This document shows positions 1-9,414 of a stretch of DNA of 64,000 nt, in pieces. The notes under the pieces were generated by a model. It saw nothing but the letters and a program-made list of their open reading frames with translations, was not told where the DNA came from and did no database searches. Source of the DNA: Gammaproteobacteria bacterium. GTDB lineage: Bacteria; Pseudomonadota; Gammaproteobacteria; CBDBNL01; JAAOII01. The stretch is from positions 1,024,001 to 1,088,000 of the forward strand of contig OZ242372.1 of assembly GCA_965209035.1 (NCBI GenBank), given 5' to 3'. The first letter of the stretch is position 1, and each line of letters begins with the position of its first letter. The translations under genes were made by a program, and so were the position numbers.

Positions 1-1
1 G

Positions 2-1405
2 GTTCAAATGGGGGCAAAGGTCGTCCTAATAGAAAGAGACAAGATGGGCGGAGACTGTTTGAACTACGGTTGTGTGCCGTCCAAATCCTTGCTGGCCGCC
101 GCCCGTCAGGCGGAAGGGGTTCGGGCCGGTTTCGGCATCACCGGCACCAAACCAAAAGTAACCTTTGCCGAGGTCAATCGCCATGTCAAACAAGTCATCG
201 CCTCCATCGCACCGCACGATTCGGTTGAACGGTTCGCCTCTTTGGGGGTGCGTGTCATCCAAGAATCGGCGCACTTTGTTGCCAAGCGCACTCTGCAGGC
301 GGGCAAATACACGGTGCGCGCCCGGTATATTGTGATCGCCACAGGTTCTTCGCCGATGGTCCCGCCCATCCCCGGCCTGGACAAGTGCGCTTATTTCACA
401 AACGAAACCATCTTTGAGAACAAGACCCTGCCGCGGCATCTTTTGGTGATTGGCGGCGGCCCGATCGGCTTGGAAATGGCACAGGCACATGCCAAGTTAG
501 GCGCCAAGGTATCCGTCGCGGACATGGGACCGATTCTGCCGCGCGATGATCCGGAATTGACGGCAGTCATTCGCAAAAGATTACTCGGCATGGGAATTGC
601 ATTGCATGAACATATTCAAATAGACTCCGTCAAAAAAGGAGGCGCACGGGGCGGCACACAGGGCGTCACCCTAAAACTGAAAGGCGACGGCAAAGATGGC
701 AGTGGTAATAAAGGTGACACACCCCAAAACCTGAGCGGCTCACATCTGCTAGTTGCCGCCGGGCGCCGAGCCAATGTCGGGGATCTGGACTTAGACAAGG
801 CCGGCATTCGGTGGTCGCCGCGCGGCGTTGAGGTGAACGCAAGACTGCAAACCGCCGACAAGCGCGTGTATGCCATCGGCGATGTGGCAAGTCCTTACCA
901 ATTCACCCATGTCGCCGCCTATCATGCCGGCATGGTCATTCGCAGTATTCTTTTTAAGATGCCTGTCAAGGTGAACTATCGCGCGTTGCCCTGGGTAACC
1001 TATACGGATCCCGAAATGGCAAACTGCGGGTTGTCCTATGCGGATGCGGTAAAGCAGCACGGCGCGGGTCATCTGCGGGTGTTGACTGTCCCCTTCGCCG
1101 AAAATGATAGGGCGCGTACCGAACGCCTTGATGACGAAGGCATCATTAAAGTGATCGTAACCAAGCGCGGGAAAATTCTGGGGGTCGCGATGGTCGGCCG
1201 GTCGGCGGGAGAACTCATCCAACCCTGGTGCCTGGCAATTCAAAACAAGTTGAAAATCGGCGCTATGGCGGGCTATATCGCTCCTTATCCAACACTGGGA
1301 GAACTCAACAAAAAAGTTGCCGGCTCCTTTTACAAGAAAGCCCTGTTTGAAAATCCCGGATTAAAAATAATCGTGCGCTGTTTGATGCGTCTCACTTCGT
1401 TCTAA
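2..1405 (+). CDS. FAD-dependent pyridine nucleotide-disulfide oxidoreductase (dihydrolipoamide dehydrogenase/MerA-like family), 5'-partial
   Basis: Redox motif GGDCLNYGCVPSK, NAD-binding GGGPIGLE, YAIGD, and C-terminal dimerisation domain with PYPT. The N-terminal GxGxxG lies upstream of the window. No C-terminal CC pair, so not MerA. Confidence 0.85.
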   Translation, partial: VQMGAKVVLIERDKMGGDCLNYGCVPSKSLLAAARQAEGVRAGFGITGTKPKVTFAEVNRHVKQVIASIAPHDSVERFASLGVRVIQESAHFVAKRTLQAGKYTVRARYIVIATGSSPMVPPIPGLDKCAYFTNETIFENKTLPRHLLVIGGGPIGLEMAQAHAKLGAKVSVADMGPILPRDDPELTAVIRKRLLGMGIALHEHIQIDSVKKGGARGGTQGVTLKLKGDGKDGSGNKGDTPQNLSGSHLLVAAGRRANVGDLDLDKAGIRWSPRGVEVNARLQTADKRVYAIGDVASPYQFTHVAAYHAGMVIRSILFKMPVKVNYRALPWVTYTDPEMANCGLSYADAVKQHGAGHLRVLTVPFAENDRARTERLDDEGIIKVIVTKRGKILGVAMVGRSAGELIQPWCLAIQNKLKIGAMAGYIAPYPTLGELNKKVAGSFYKKALFENPGLKIIVRCLMRLTSF

Positions 1406-1415
1406 TCTTTTCGCC

Positions 1416-2717
1416 TTGGCGGAGAATTTTCTGGTCATAGGCGGCGGCGGGCGCGAACATGCCATGGCTTGGAAACTGGCGACAAGCCCTTTCTGTTCGG
1501 GCGTCTTCTGCTGTCCCGGCAACGCCGGCACGGCGGTCGAACCCAAAACACACAACATCCCGTTGGACTGGCAAGATGCTTCTGCTTTGTTGCTATTCAT
1601 CCGTGAGAAAAAAATTGGTGTCACCCTGATAGGCCCCGAAGTCCCGTTGACGGCCGGGCTGGGGGACCGCCTGCGCGCCGCCGGACACTTTTGCTTTGGT
1701 CCCGGTGCGGCCGCCGCCCGTTTGGAAGGCTCCAAAGTCTTCTGCAAGGATTTTGTAACCCGTCTGGGCATCCCGACCGCGCCCTATCGCGTATTTGACG
1801 AGCGGCCGGCCGCCGACTCCTATCTGGCGGAATGCGACTTCGACTTCCCCTGTGTCATTAAATACGACGGCCTCGCAGCCGGCAAGGGCGTCACTGTCGC
1901 CGCGGATCGACGAGAGGCGGACGATGCCCTGGACGACATCTACAAAAAGAACAAGTTCAACTCCGCAGGCACACCGCGCGTCGTCATAGAGTCCTTCCTG
2001 ACAGGGGAAGAACTCAGCTTTATGGTGGCGGCGGACGGCACCGAATGCCAGCCGCTTGCCACTTCCCAGGATCACAAGGCACGCGACGACGGCGACAAGG
2101 GACCCAACACGGGCGGGATGGGGGCCTACAGCCCTTTCATGCCGGCGGAAAACATACGGCAGGATCTTCTCAAAGAATTCATTGAGCCCACCCTGCGCGG
2201 TCTGGCGGCGGACGAGATACCCTATCTCGGCTTCCTATATGCCGGCCTGATGATTGACAAAGACGGACACGCAAAACTGCTGGAATACAACTGCCGCCTC
2301 GGCGACCCGGAGACACAGGCACTGCTGTTTGGCATGGAAACCGACCTTGCCGAATGGTTGTTGCGTTTGCGCGACGGCGAAAAGATGCGCGACCTGCCGA
2401 TTCGCCGCATTAAAGACAAGTTTGTCGTAACCGTCGTGATGGCAGCGGCCGGTTATCCCGACAGCCCCCAAATTGGTGCAGTGATCCGGGGGATCCGAGG
2501 CATAGACAACATCTCGGACTCGGATGTCAAAGTGTTTCATGCCGGCACCGCCGTCAACACCGAGGGCAAGTTAGTCACAGCCGGCGGCCGGGTGCTTGCT
2601 GTCACGGCCCTCGGGCGAGACCTGAACGCGGCGCGCCAAAAAGCCTACGCGACAATAAAAAAGCAAATTTCCTGGCCCGGAGCCTTTTACAGAACGGATA
2701 TCGGCGCAAGGGGATAA
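1416..2717 (+). CDS. purD: Phosphoribosylamine--glycine ligase
   Basis: LVIGGGGREHA, PGNAG, LEGSK, KYDGLAAGKGV, SQDHK, GPNTGGMGAYSP, EYNCRLGDPETQ, GGRVL, YRTDIG; TTG start. Confidence 0.97.
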   Translation: MAENFLVIGGGGREHAMAWKLATSPFCSGVFCCPGNAGTAVEPKTHNIPLDWQDASALLLFIREKKIGVTLIGPEVPLTAGLGDRLRAAGHFCFGPGAAAARLEGSKVFCKDFVTRLGIPTAPYRVFDERPAADSYLAECDFDFPCVIKYDGLAAGKGVTVAADRREADDALDDIYKKNKFNSAGTPRVVIESFLTGEELSFMVAADGTECQPLATSQDHKARDDGDKGPNTGGMGAYSPFMPAENIRQDLLKEFIEPTLRGLAADEIPYLGFLYAGLMIDKDGHAKLLEYNCRLGDPETQALLFGMETDLAEWLLRLRDGEKMRDLPIRRIKDKFVVTVVMAAAGYPDSPQIGAVIRGIRGIDNISDSDVKVFHAGTAVNTEGKLVTAGGRVLAVTALGRDLNAARQKAYATIKKQISWPGAFYRTDIGARG

Positions 2718-3051
2718 CGGGATAACGGGGAAATCACCTGAAAAAACGAGGTTCTTAATCACCGAACCGCCCGGCTTTCTCGCGCGGTTTGCTTGGTGTT
2801 GTTTATGCATCATCTATAGGTGTCGGGGACAGTTGCAAACTGCTTTATTGCTCTATTAATAATGCCAAATAGCAAAATCTTCCTATCCTCTCATTCTCTA
2901 ATACTTGTGGAACAATTCTTGGCGGTTTGGGGGTCGGTTTGGGGTTCGGGGCGGCCACAAACACACAGAGGATGAAACCGGGTGGGATGACACAGCTTTT
3001 GCAAAAACAACAAAAATCCGAAACTGGGTGGGACTATACACCCCTGCAAGA

Positions 3052-3075
3052 TTTTGGAAATTAAGGTTATAATAA
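3052..3075 (+). promoter_or_regulatory. Putative sigma70 -10 element with conserved upstream motif (TTTTGGAAATT..GTTATAAT), shared with lipoprotein paralogues
   Basis: Same motif on the minus strand at about 50455-50480; AAGGTTATAAT also at about 52223. Confidence 0.45.
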
Positions 3076-3262
3076 TGGTATAAGTCATACCATAACCATT
3101 AATATTTTTAACAACAAAAAACAATTATGAACAAGATATACTTTTTCCTGTCCGGTCGGTGCAAGAAATGCACTGCCGGCAAAGACGCCCGAAATTCGCG
3201 TGTCTCCTTTAATAAGAATAATAATAACTTCAAGGCAATGCCTCTAATCTTTTACCCAATCA

Positions 3263-5686
3263 ATGCTTGGCGGTCGCTACGGTTGTTTGCCGGGCGGGTT
3301 CTATTGCCGCCAACGGCAGCCTTTAATGCCAGCCTGTCTGAACTTGCCATCTCGTTTAGATCGCTTAGTATGCACCGTTCTGTTACCCCCCCCCCCCCCC
3401 CGCCGCCACTTTCGTTTAGGTCGCTTAGTGTGCACCCTGCTGCTGACCGGTACATTCGGTTTGCTTCTTGCCGGTTGTGACGGCGGTTCCGATGGCGGCG
3501 GTTCCGGTGGCGGTGATCCTCGTGCTGTTTCCAACATTGAAGCCGAGGCCGGTGAGGAGCATATTCTCGTGAGTTGGACCAATCCGGATCAAGAAAATAT
3601 CACCGGGTTCAATATCACTTGGTTTTTTAATGTCGCCAATAGGAGCGAACAGGAAACGAGGACCCTGTCTGCCGCCAATGTCGATGGGCAGCTGCTGACG
3701 CCTGAAGCCGACTTGCTGCAGCCCGGGAGTCGGGTGAGGTACAACATTACAGGCTTAACGAACGGCATCACCTACCGGATCACGATTGCGGTACTTTATG
3801 CGGATGGTACATCCGTGGATTCGGTTCTTGTGCGAAGAACCGGGATGGATCCGGACGGCGGTGATGATGCCACTTTCCCGGCTGTTGCCGATGTCCAAAC
3901 CGCAGTCAGCAGGAATAATATTACCGTCCGTTGGACCAATCCGAACCGGGATGGTATCGATGGATTCAATATTACTTGGGTCAATGTTAATGATAATGCC
4001 GATAGAGGCACAAAAGAATTTAATCCGCAGGCAGCGAATGTTGCGGCGGGTGCTTCGGTTGAATACAAGATTACGGATCTAACCTATGCCGCCACCTACA
4101 AGATCACAGTTTCGGTGCGTTATGCGGGGCAAGAGCCCATTCCTTCGGCCCCGGTACAAAGCACAACCCGGCTGAGTTCGGATATTGATGGTGATGATGA
4201 TGGTGTGGTGAATACGGAAGATCTGGACTATGACGGTGACGGCTTGATCGAGATTCACAGTTTGGACCAATTAGCCCTGCTGCGCGATGACCTAAATGGC
4301 GATGGGACGGATGATGGCAGGTTCGGCGAGATTGACGCTGTAGGTTCTGTGGGCTGCCCGGATGACGATGCCGGTGGCTGTGTCGGTTACGAATTGACCC
4401 GCCCGCTCAACTTTAGCGATCCGGATTCCTATGAGGATCCGGATAAGAATATGGATACCTGGACGAAGGGCCGCGGCTGGGTGCCGATTGGATCTTGTCC
4501 TACCCTCAGCAGCTGCCGTTCCAATGCCTATACCGGTATCTTTGACGGCAATAATCATAACATTGCCAATTTGTTCATCGCGACGCTGGGCGTGAACAAC
4601 TCCGGGGTTGGATTGTTCGGCGCAATGAGCGACGCAACAGTGCAAAACTTGCATCTGCTGAATGGGACGATTCGCGTGGATCAGAGTTTGACTCTCGACC
4701 CTCAACACTTCCATGTGGGACTGCTGGTCGGCTATGGTTACAACGGACACTATGAGAACCTTTCGGCTTCGGGCTCGGTGATGACAAAAGGCAGCGGTAT
4801 GTTTGGGTTGGACGGAGGATCCCAATCGGTAGGCACTCTTGCCGGGCGGATTGCAGGTGCCGATAACACACTGATTCGTGTTTCCGCCAAGATCGGCACC
4901 CTATCCGGGTTCAGTAGAGTTGGCGGGCTGGTCGGGTCGGCGGAAAATGCTCGGATTCGCGATGCCTATGCGGTCGGCGGCACCCTATCTGCAAGAAGTA
5001 CATCCGGCGGACTATTCGGCTTATGCAATGAGTGTCAGATCAGCCATGCCTATACGGACGATATCGATGTTTCTACAGATGTTAATACTGCCGGCGGGCT
5101 GATCGGACTTGTGGAAGGCTCGAGTATCACACTTTCTTATGCGAAAAATATCAGGATCTCCGGAAGTAACCATTTGGGTGGCCTGATTGGAGATAGTGCA
5201 GCTGCAGGGCAGGCTAGCCTGACCCACTCGTATGCGTCCGGCGGCAGCTTAAGCACAGCTTCGGCTGCGAGTCCGGGGGAGTTAAACGGCGGGTTGATCG
5301 GTAGATCCGATACCCGCGATAACGACGACCAAGTGCGTTATTCCTATGCGGCGATTGAGCCTGTGGCTGCTACCGCAGTGAAAGGCTTGATAGGAGAAGG
5401 AAATGCGAATGTCACAGATTCCTATTGGGACTCCGCAATAAATACCGCCGGCGGGGGACGCGGCCAGGGCAATACCACCGCAGAACTACACATGCCGACC
5501 GCCGACAATTTTGACGGAACACTCTACGCAACCTGGGGCAGATTTTGGTGCGACCCCAGCTTCGTCGAAGTTACGGAAAGCGATATGCAGCCGGCGGGTT
5601 TTCTCCCCGTCTGGGATCTCGGCAACAGCACGCAGTATCCCGCCCTGAACTGCATGCCGGGCGGACTCGCAGCGCAACGCCCCTAA
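3263..5686 (+). CDS. Large surface lipoprotein: 2x fibronectin type III-like domains, Asp-rich Ca-binding-like segment, GLUG-type repeats, conserved Cys-containing C-terminus; start uncertain
   Basis: Lipobox LLLAGC (Cys at 3476) followed by a Gly linker; VSWTNP..FNITW..ITGLTNGITYRITI FN3 pattern; DYDGDGLIEI; repeated GGL(I/V)G..SY; C-terminal WGRFWCDP..WDLG..QYPALNC. Confidence 0.8.
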   Translation: MLGGRYGCLPGGFYCRQRQPLMPACLNLPSRLDRLVCTVLLPPPPPRRHFRLGRLVCTLLLTGTFGLLLAGCDGGSDGGGSGGGDPRAVSNIEAEAGEEHILVSWTNPDQENITGFNITWFFNVANRSEQETRTLSAANVDGQLLTPEADLLQPGSRVRYNITGLTNGITYRITIAVLYADGTSVDSVLVRRTGMDPDGGDDATFPAVADVQTAVSRNNITVRWTNPNRDGIDGFNITWVNVNDNADRGTKEFNPQAANVAAGASVEYKITDLTYAATYKITVSVRYAGQEPIPSAPVQSTTRLSSDIDGDDDGVVNTEDLDYDGDGLIEIHSLDQLALLRDDLNGDGTDDGRFGEIDAVGSVGCPDDDAGGCVGYELTRPLNFSDPDSYEDPDKNMDTWTKGRGWVPIGSCPTLSSCRSNAYTGIFDGNNHNIANLFIATLGVNNSGVGLFGAMSDATVQNLHLLNGTIRVDQSLTLDPQHFHVGLLVGYGYNGHYENLSASGSVMTKGSGMFGLDGGSQSVGTLAGRIAGADNTLIRVSAKIGTLSGFSRVGGLVGSAENARIRDAYAVGGTLSARSTSGGLFGLCNECQISHAYTDDIDVSTDVNTAGGLIGLVEGSSITLSYAKNIRISGSNHLGGLIGDSAAAGQASLTHSYASGGSLSTASAASPGELNGGLIGRSDTRDNDDQVRYSYAAIEPVAATAVKGLIGEGNANVTDSYWDSAINTAGGGRGQGNTTAELHMPTADNFDGTLYATWGRFWCDPSFVEVTESDMQPAGFLPVWDLGNSTQYPALNCMPGGLAAQRP
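3386..3401 (+). repeat. C16 homopolymer tract in the lipoprotein leader (candidate slipped-strand switch)
   Basis: 16 consecutive C, flanked by an imperfect ~34-bp direct repeat (3352-3385 and 3412-3445). Confidence 0.9.
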
Positions 5687-5984
5687 AAGCCCTTAAAACT
5701 CCTAAATCCTCTAAACGGCAGGCGGTGTTTGGTTGCCTGTGTGCGGATTGTACGCGGATTGTGATCAGGACATACCGGACCGCGGCATTCAATCCTCAAT
5801 CTTCAAACCCAAACTCCAAACAAAGCCCTCCTCTCATCAGCGGAACTGAGACGGAGTGGAACGGGAACGATCAGCACCCGGATACCGAACATAGCGGGGT
5901 GATTTATGTTATACTTATTTATGGTTCTATTTTTAAGAACACCGAGTCATATGAAAATAATTATATTAATTGGATTAGTTAAAC

Positions 5985-6057
<73 letters not shown>

Positions 6058-6072
6058 TGTCGGAGATTTTTT

Positions 6073-6888
6073 ATGGGTATACTGGACAAATTTAGAAGAA
6101 GGCAGTCGGTCCTCAGCACGACACGCAAAGAACGGGGCGAGTCTCCCAAACCGGAGAGTGAGGGAACTTCCGCCGTTCTCGGCGTAAAGCACCGGCCGGC
6201 CGAAGGCCCGCCGCCGGTGCGCATCACCATCATGAACGGGAAAGGAGGCAGTGGCAAGAGCACCCTTGCCACCAATCTTGCCGTTATCCTGTCCACCCAT
6301 GACGAAAGCGTTACCCTGATAGACAATGACCCGCAATGTTCCAGTATCCGCTGGCTAAGAGAACGCCCACATTCGTCCGTGGCGATCAAAGGGGTGATTG
6401 CCGAAGAAGGCGGCGGCAGGCTAAAAAACACCAGGATATGGTCGGGCGGTATCGGTCCTCAAACGGAATATGTGATTATTGACACACAAGCCGGTCTGCG
6501 CGGGCTGGAACTTTCCACAATCATTGACAAAAGCGATATGATTTTAATTCCGGTACTGCCTTCGGCAATTGATATGCGGGCGACGGCGGATTTTGTGGCG
6601 CAGGTTTTTCTTAGCAATGCGTATCGTCGCACCAAAAAACCCATCGGTGTTGTCGCCAATCGGGTCATTAACGATTCGGTGATCTACCGCAAACTGCAAA
6701 AGTTCTTATTGAGCCTCAGAATTAACTTTATCAGCACCTATCGGGACAACAAGGCCTATCTGGATGCGGCGGAAAAAGGATTGGGCATCTTTGAATTAAA
6801 TATCGGCGGCGATCTTGCCGAAGAACGGGTGGAATGGGAACTGCTCATCAAATGGATAAAGGATAAACAGACCGAGCGGGTCCGATAG
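6073..6888 (+). CDS. ParA/CobQ-family ATPase
   Basis: Deviant Walker A KGGSGKST, IDNDPQ, IIDT, LIPVLPS. Confidence 0.88.
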   Translation: MGILDKFRRRQSVLSTTRKERGESPKPESEGTSAVLGVKHRPAEGPPPVRITIMNGKGGSGKSTLATNLAVILSTHDESVTLIDNDPQCSSIRWLRERPHSSVAIKGVIAEEGGGRLKNTRIWSGGIGPQTEYVIIDTQAGLRGLELSTIIDKSDMILIPVLPSAIDMRATADFVAQVFLSNAYRRTKKPIGVVANRVINDSVIYRKLQKFLLSLRINFISTYRDNKAYLDAAEKGLGIFELNIGGDLAEERVEWELLIKWIKDKQTERVR

Positions 6889-6895
6889 TCGCCAT

Positions 6896-7573
6896 ATGCG
6901 ACACAAATTGCCGTTGTTTTTGCGTCTGGAAGCAACACGATTTTTCCGAACTTCTCATCATCTTTTAATCCCTTTTCTGGTCGCTCTTTGGGTCATACTC
7001 GTCTTCTCTTTGGCGGGGCTGGGGACGCAGGTATCGGCGGCGGACACCGCCTATATGAATTACGCCCTCCTTTGGCTTTGCGCCGGCTTGTCCCTGCTGC
7101 TGGGCGCGGATCGCCTCTTTGATGCCGACCACAAGAACGGTCTGTTGGAGCAGATCTTTTTGGGGCCGAGTTACTTTATCATTTTGGCGCGTGTCCTTCT
7201 TTTTGCCGGCATGCACGGTCTGTTCTTTTGTCTGATTTGTCTGCCGATTTTAGGCCTGCTGCTTGGCATGCCGGCTGTCGATCTGTTTTTATTTGCCGCC
7301 TGTTTTCTTCTTGGTCTGCCCGCTTTTTGTATGACCTTGGCCTTGGGAGCGGCCATTGGCGGCAGTTCCTCTGCCCGCGACGGTGTCGGCTTCATGCCGG
7401 CGTTGGTATCGCTTCCTCTTTATGTGCCGGTGGTCTTGTTGTCTATGTTGGCACTCACCGAACCGGCAGCCGCTGCGTTTTTTATGCAATGCCTGCTGGC
7501 ACTTTCTTTGACGCATGTGGCGTTGTTGGGATTGGCAGTTAACTACATCCTGCGCGATGCGGCTGCCAATTAG
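6896..7573 (+). CDS. ccmB: Heme exporter permease CcmB
   Basis: Multi-TM; DRLFDADHKNGLLEQ and LVSLPLYVPVV motifs; directly upstream of ccmC. Confidence 0.85.
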   Translation: MRHKLPLFLRLEATRFFRTSHHLLIPFLVALWVILVFSLAGLGTQVSAADTAYMNYALLWLCAGLSLLLGADRLFDADHKNGLLEQIFLGPSYFIILARVLLFAGMHGLFFCLICLPILGLLLGMPAVDLFLFAACFLLGLPAFCMTLALGAAIGGSSSARDGVGFMPALVSLPLYVPVVLLSMLALTEPAAAAFFMQCLLALSLTHVALLGLAVNYILRDAAAN

Positions 7574-8294
7574 CCTGCGCTTGCTGGCGAGTCCGCGCGG
7601 GGCATATCTGTTCTGCCGTGCCGCGCAAAAGCCGACGGTGATTCTGACCGCCTTATTACTGACCTGCGGTGTCGTTTGGAGCCTGTTCATTGCCCCGCCG
7701 GATGCCCGGCAGGGAGATGTCTACCGCATTATGTTTGTGCATGTGCCGGCCGCCTTTTGCGCCGAAGGAATTTATGTGTTTATGTCGCTCGCCGCCGGTG
7801 TCTATCTGATCTGGAATATGAAACTTGCCGGCTTCGCGGTGCGCGCGGCCGCACCGCTCGGGCTTGGTATGGCATTGATCACGCTTGGCAGCGGCTCCGT
7901 TTGGGGCAAACCGACATGGGGGGCCTACTGGGTATGGGACGCCCGTCTGACTTCCGTGCTGCTGCTTGCCGTTCTTTATATGATTATCATTTACCTGCAC
8001 CGCTCTCTCAACAACTCCACAGCGGCAGCCCGGGCATCTGCGGTCGTCACCCTGGTCGGGCTGATCAACATCCCGGTCATCAAGTTTTCGGTGAACTGGT
8101 GGTTCAGTCTGCATCAACCCGCATCGCTGACTTTGGGCGGTTTTTCCATGCCGGCGGTGATGTGGATGCCGCTGCTGACAATGATTTTGGCATTCAATCT
8201 TTTTTGGTTGACGGTCTTTTTTATCCGTCTTGGCAATGAGATTCTCATCAGCGAAGGAAGAGCAAAATGGGTGCAAGAAGTCATAAAGCGATAA
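7557..8294 (+). CDS. ccmC: Heme exporter CcmC
   Basis: HVPAA, Trp-rich WGKPTWGAYWVWDARLTS, SVNWWFSLHQ. Confidence 0.95.
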   Translation: MRLPISLRLLASPRGAYLFCRAAQKPTVILTALLLTCGVVWSLFIAPPDARQGDVYRIMFVHVPAAFCAEGIYVFMSLAAGVYLIWNMKLAGFAVRAAAPLGLGMALITLGSGSVWGKPTWGAYWVWDARLTSVLLLAVLYMIIIYLHRSLNNSTAAARASAVVTLVGLINIPVIKFSVNWWFSLHQPASLTLGGFSMPAVMWMPLLTMILAFNLFWLTVFFIRLGNEILISEGRAKWVQEVIKR

Positions 8295-8298
8295 AACG

Positions 8299-8442
8299 AT
8301 GATGGCACAACTTTGGGGCGCCGATTGGTGCTATTTGATGATCGCTTATTTTTTGACCTGCGGAATGCTCCTTGCTCTTATTTTTTTCGCAGTCAAAAGA
8401 CGGCGGGCGCTTCTGCGGCATCTGCGACAAAACAAACATTAA
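8299..8442 (+). CDS. ccmD: Heme exporter CcmD (47 aa; not in the ORF track)
   Basis: MMAQLWGADWCYLMIAYFLTCGMLLALIFFAVKRRRALLRHLRQNKH*: single TM plus basic tail, located between ccmC and ccmE. Confidence 0.7.
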   Translation: MMAQLWGADWCYLMIAYFLTCGMLLALIFFAVKRRRALLRHLRQNKH

Positions 8443-8451
8443 CAAATAGCG

Positions 8452-8898
8452 ATGCATCCGAAGCGCGCCTACAAACTGGCGGTCATCCTGTTTGTTTTGA
8501 TCTGCCTCGGCACAGCCGCGGCTCTGGTCCTTTTTCGGTTACGCGCCAACATCAATTACTTTTATACGCCCGCGGAAATTGTGCGGACGCAGCCCATCGG
8601 CAAGAATCTGCGGCTGGGCGGCTATGTGAAGAAAGATTCTGTAACCCGATTGGAAGACGGTCGGGTCGGCTTTGTCCTGACAGACGGTGAGGAGGAGGTT
8701 CGCGTTGTTTATGCCGGATTACTGCCGAGTTTGTTTGCCGAAGAGGAAGAGGCGGTTGTCAACGGCAGACTGCAAACATCAGGCACCTTAATTGCCAAAC
8801 AGGTTCTGGCAAAGCACGACGAAAATTACCGGCCGCCGGAGATGAAATATTTGAACAAGAACAAGAACAAGCCGGGCCTACAGGCACCAAACAAATGA
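8452..8898 (+). CDS. ccmE: Heme chaperone CcmE
   Basis: N-terminal TM, YFYTP, RLGG, GLLPSLF, LAKHDENY heme-binding motif. Confidence 0.95.
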   Translation: MHPKRAYKLAVILFVLICLGTAAALVLFRLRANINYFYTPAEIVRTQPIGKNLRLGGYVKKDSVTRLEDGRVGFVLTDGEEEVRVVYAGLLPSLFAEEEEAVVNGRLQTSGTLIAKQVLAKHDENYRPPEMKYLNKNKNKPGLQAPNK

Positions 8899-9414
8899 CT
8901 GACAAAACGAAGCAAGCTAGCTTATTGTTATTAATCATTTTGCACCTTAATTGCCAAACAGGTTCCGGCAAAGCACTACAAACACGATCGGGAAAACTAC
9001 CGGCCGCCGGAGACGAAATATTTGAACAAGAACAAGCCGGGCCTACAGGCACCAAACGAATGACTGACAAAACGAAGCAAGCCAGTTTATGGTTATTAAT
9101 CATTTTGCACCTTAATTGCCAAACAGGTTCCGGCAAAGCACTACAAACACGATCGGGAAAACTACCGGCCGCCGGAGATGAAATATTTGAACAAGAACAA
9201 GCCGGGCCTACAGGCACCAAACAAATGACTGACAAAACGAAGCAAGCTAGCTTATTGTTATTAATCATTTTGCACCTTAATTGCCAAACAGGTTCCGGCA
9301 AAGCACTACAAACACGATCGGGAAAACTACCGGCCGCCGGAGACGAAATATTTGAACAAGAAGAACAAGCCGGGCGACCTGCCTCAAACAAATGACTGAC
9401 AAAACGAAGCAAGC
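8783..9414 (+). repeat. Tandem amplification (165-bp period) of the ccmE-3'/gpmI-5' junction
   Basis: GCACCTTAATTGCCAAACAGG at 8783, 8942, 9107 and 9272; ATGACTGACAAAACGAAGCAAGC at 8895, 9060, 9225 and 9392. Confidence 0.95.
8895..9395 (+). CDS. Possible de novo 166-aa protein made of three 55-aa repeats derived from the junction amplification
   Basis: Open frame; start overlaps the ccmE stop (ATGA) and its stop overlaps the gpmI start (ATGA). No recognisable family. Confidence 0.4.
   Translation: MTDKTKQASLLLLIILHLNCQTGSGKALQTRSGKLPAAGDEIFEQEQAGPTGTKRMTDKTKQASLWLLIILHLNCQTGSGKALQTRSGKLPAAGDEIFEQEQAGPTGTKQMTDKTKQASLLLLIILHLNCQTGSGKALQTRSGKLPAAGDEIFEQEEQAGRPASNK

Noticed and set aside
2-1405. 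Mercuric reductase merA
   Set aside because: No C-terminal Cys-Cys pair and no mer genes downstream.
8783-9414. CRISPR-like array (also considered for 46175-46915)
   Set aside because: Units are 165 or 247 bp with no unique spacers, derive from adjacent genes, and no cas genes are present.
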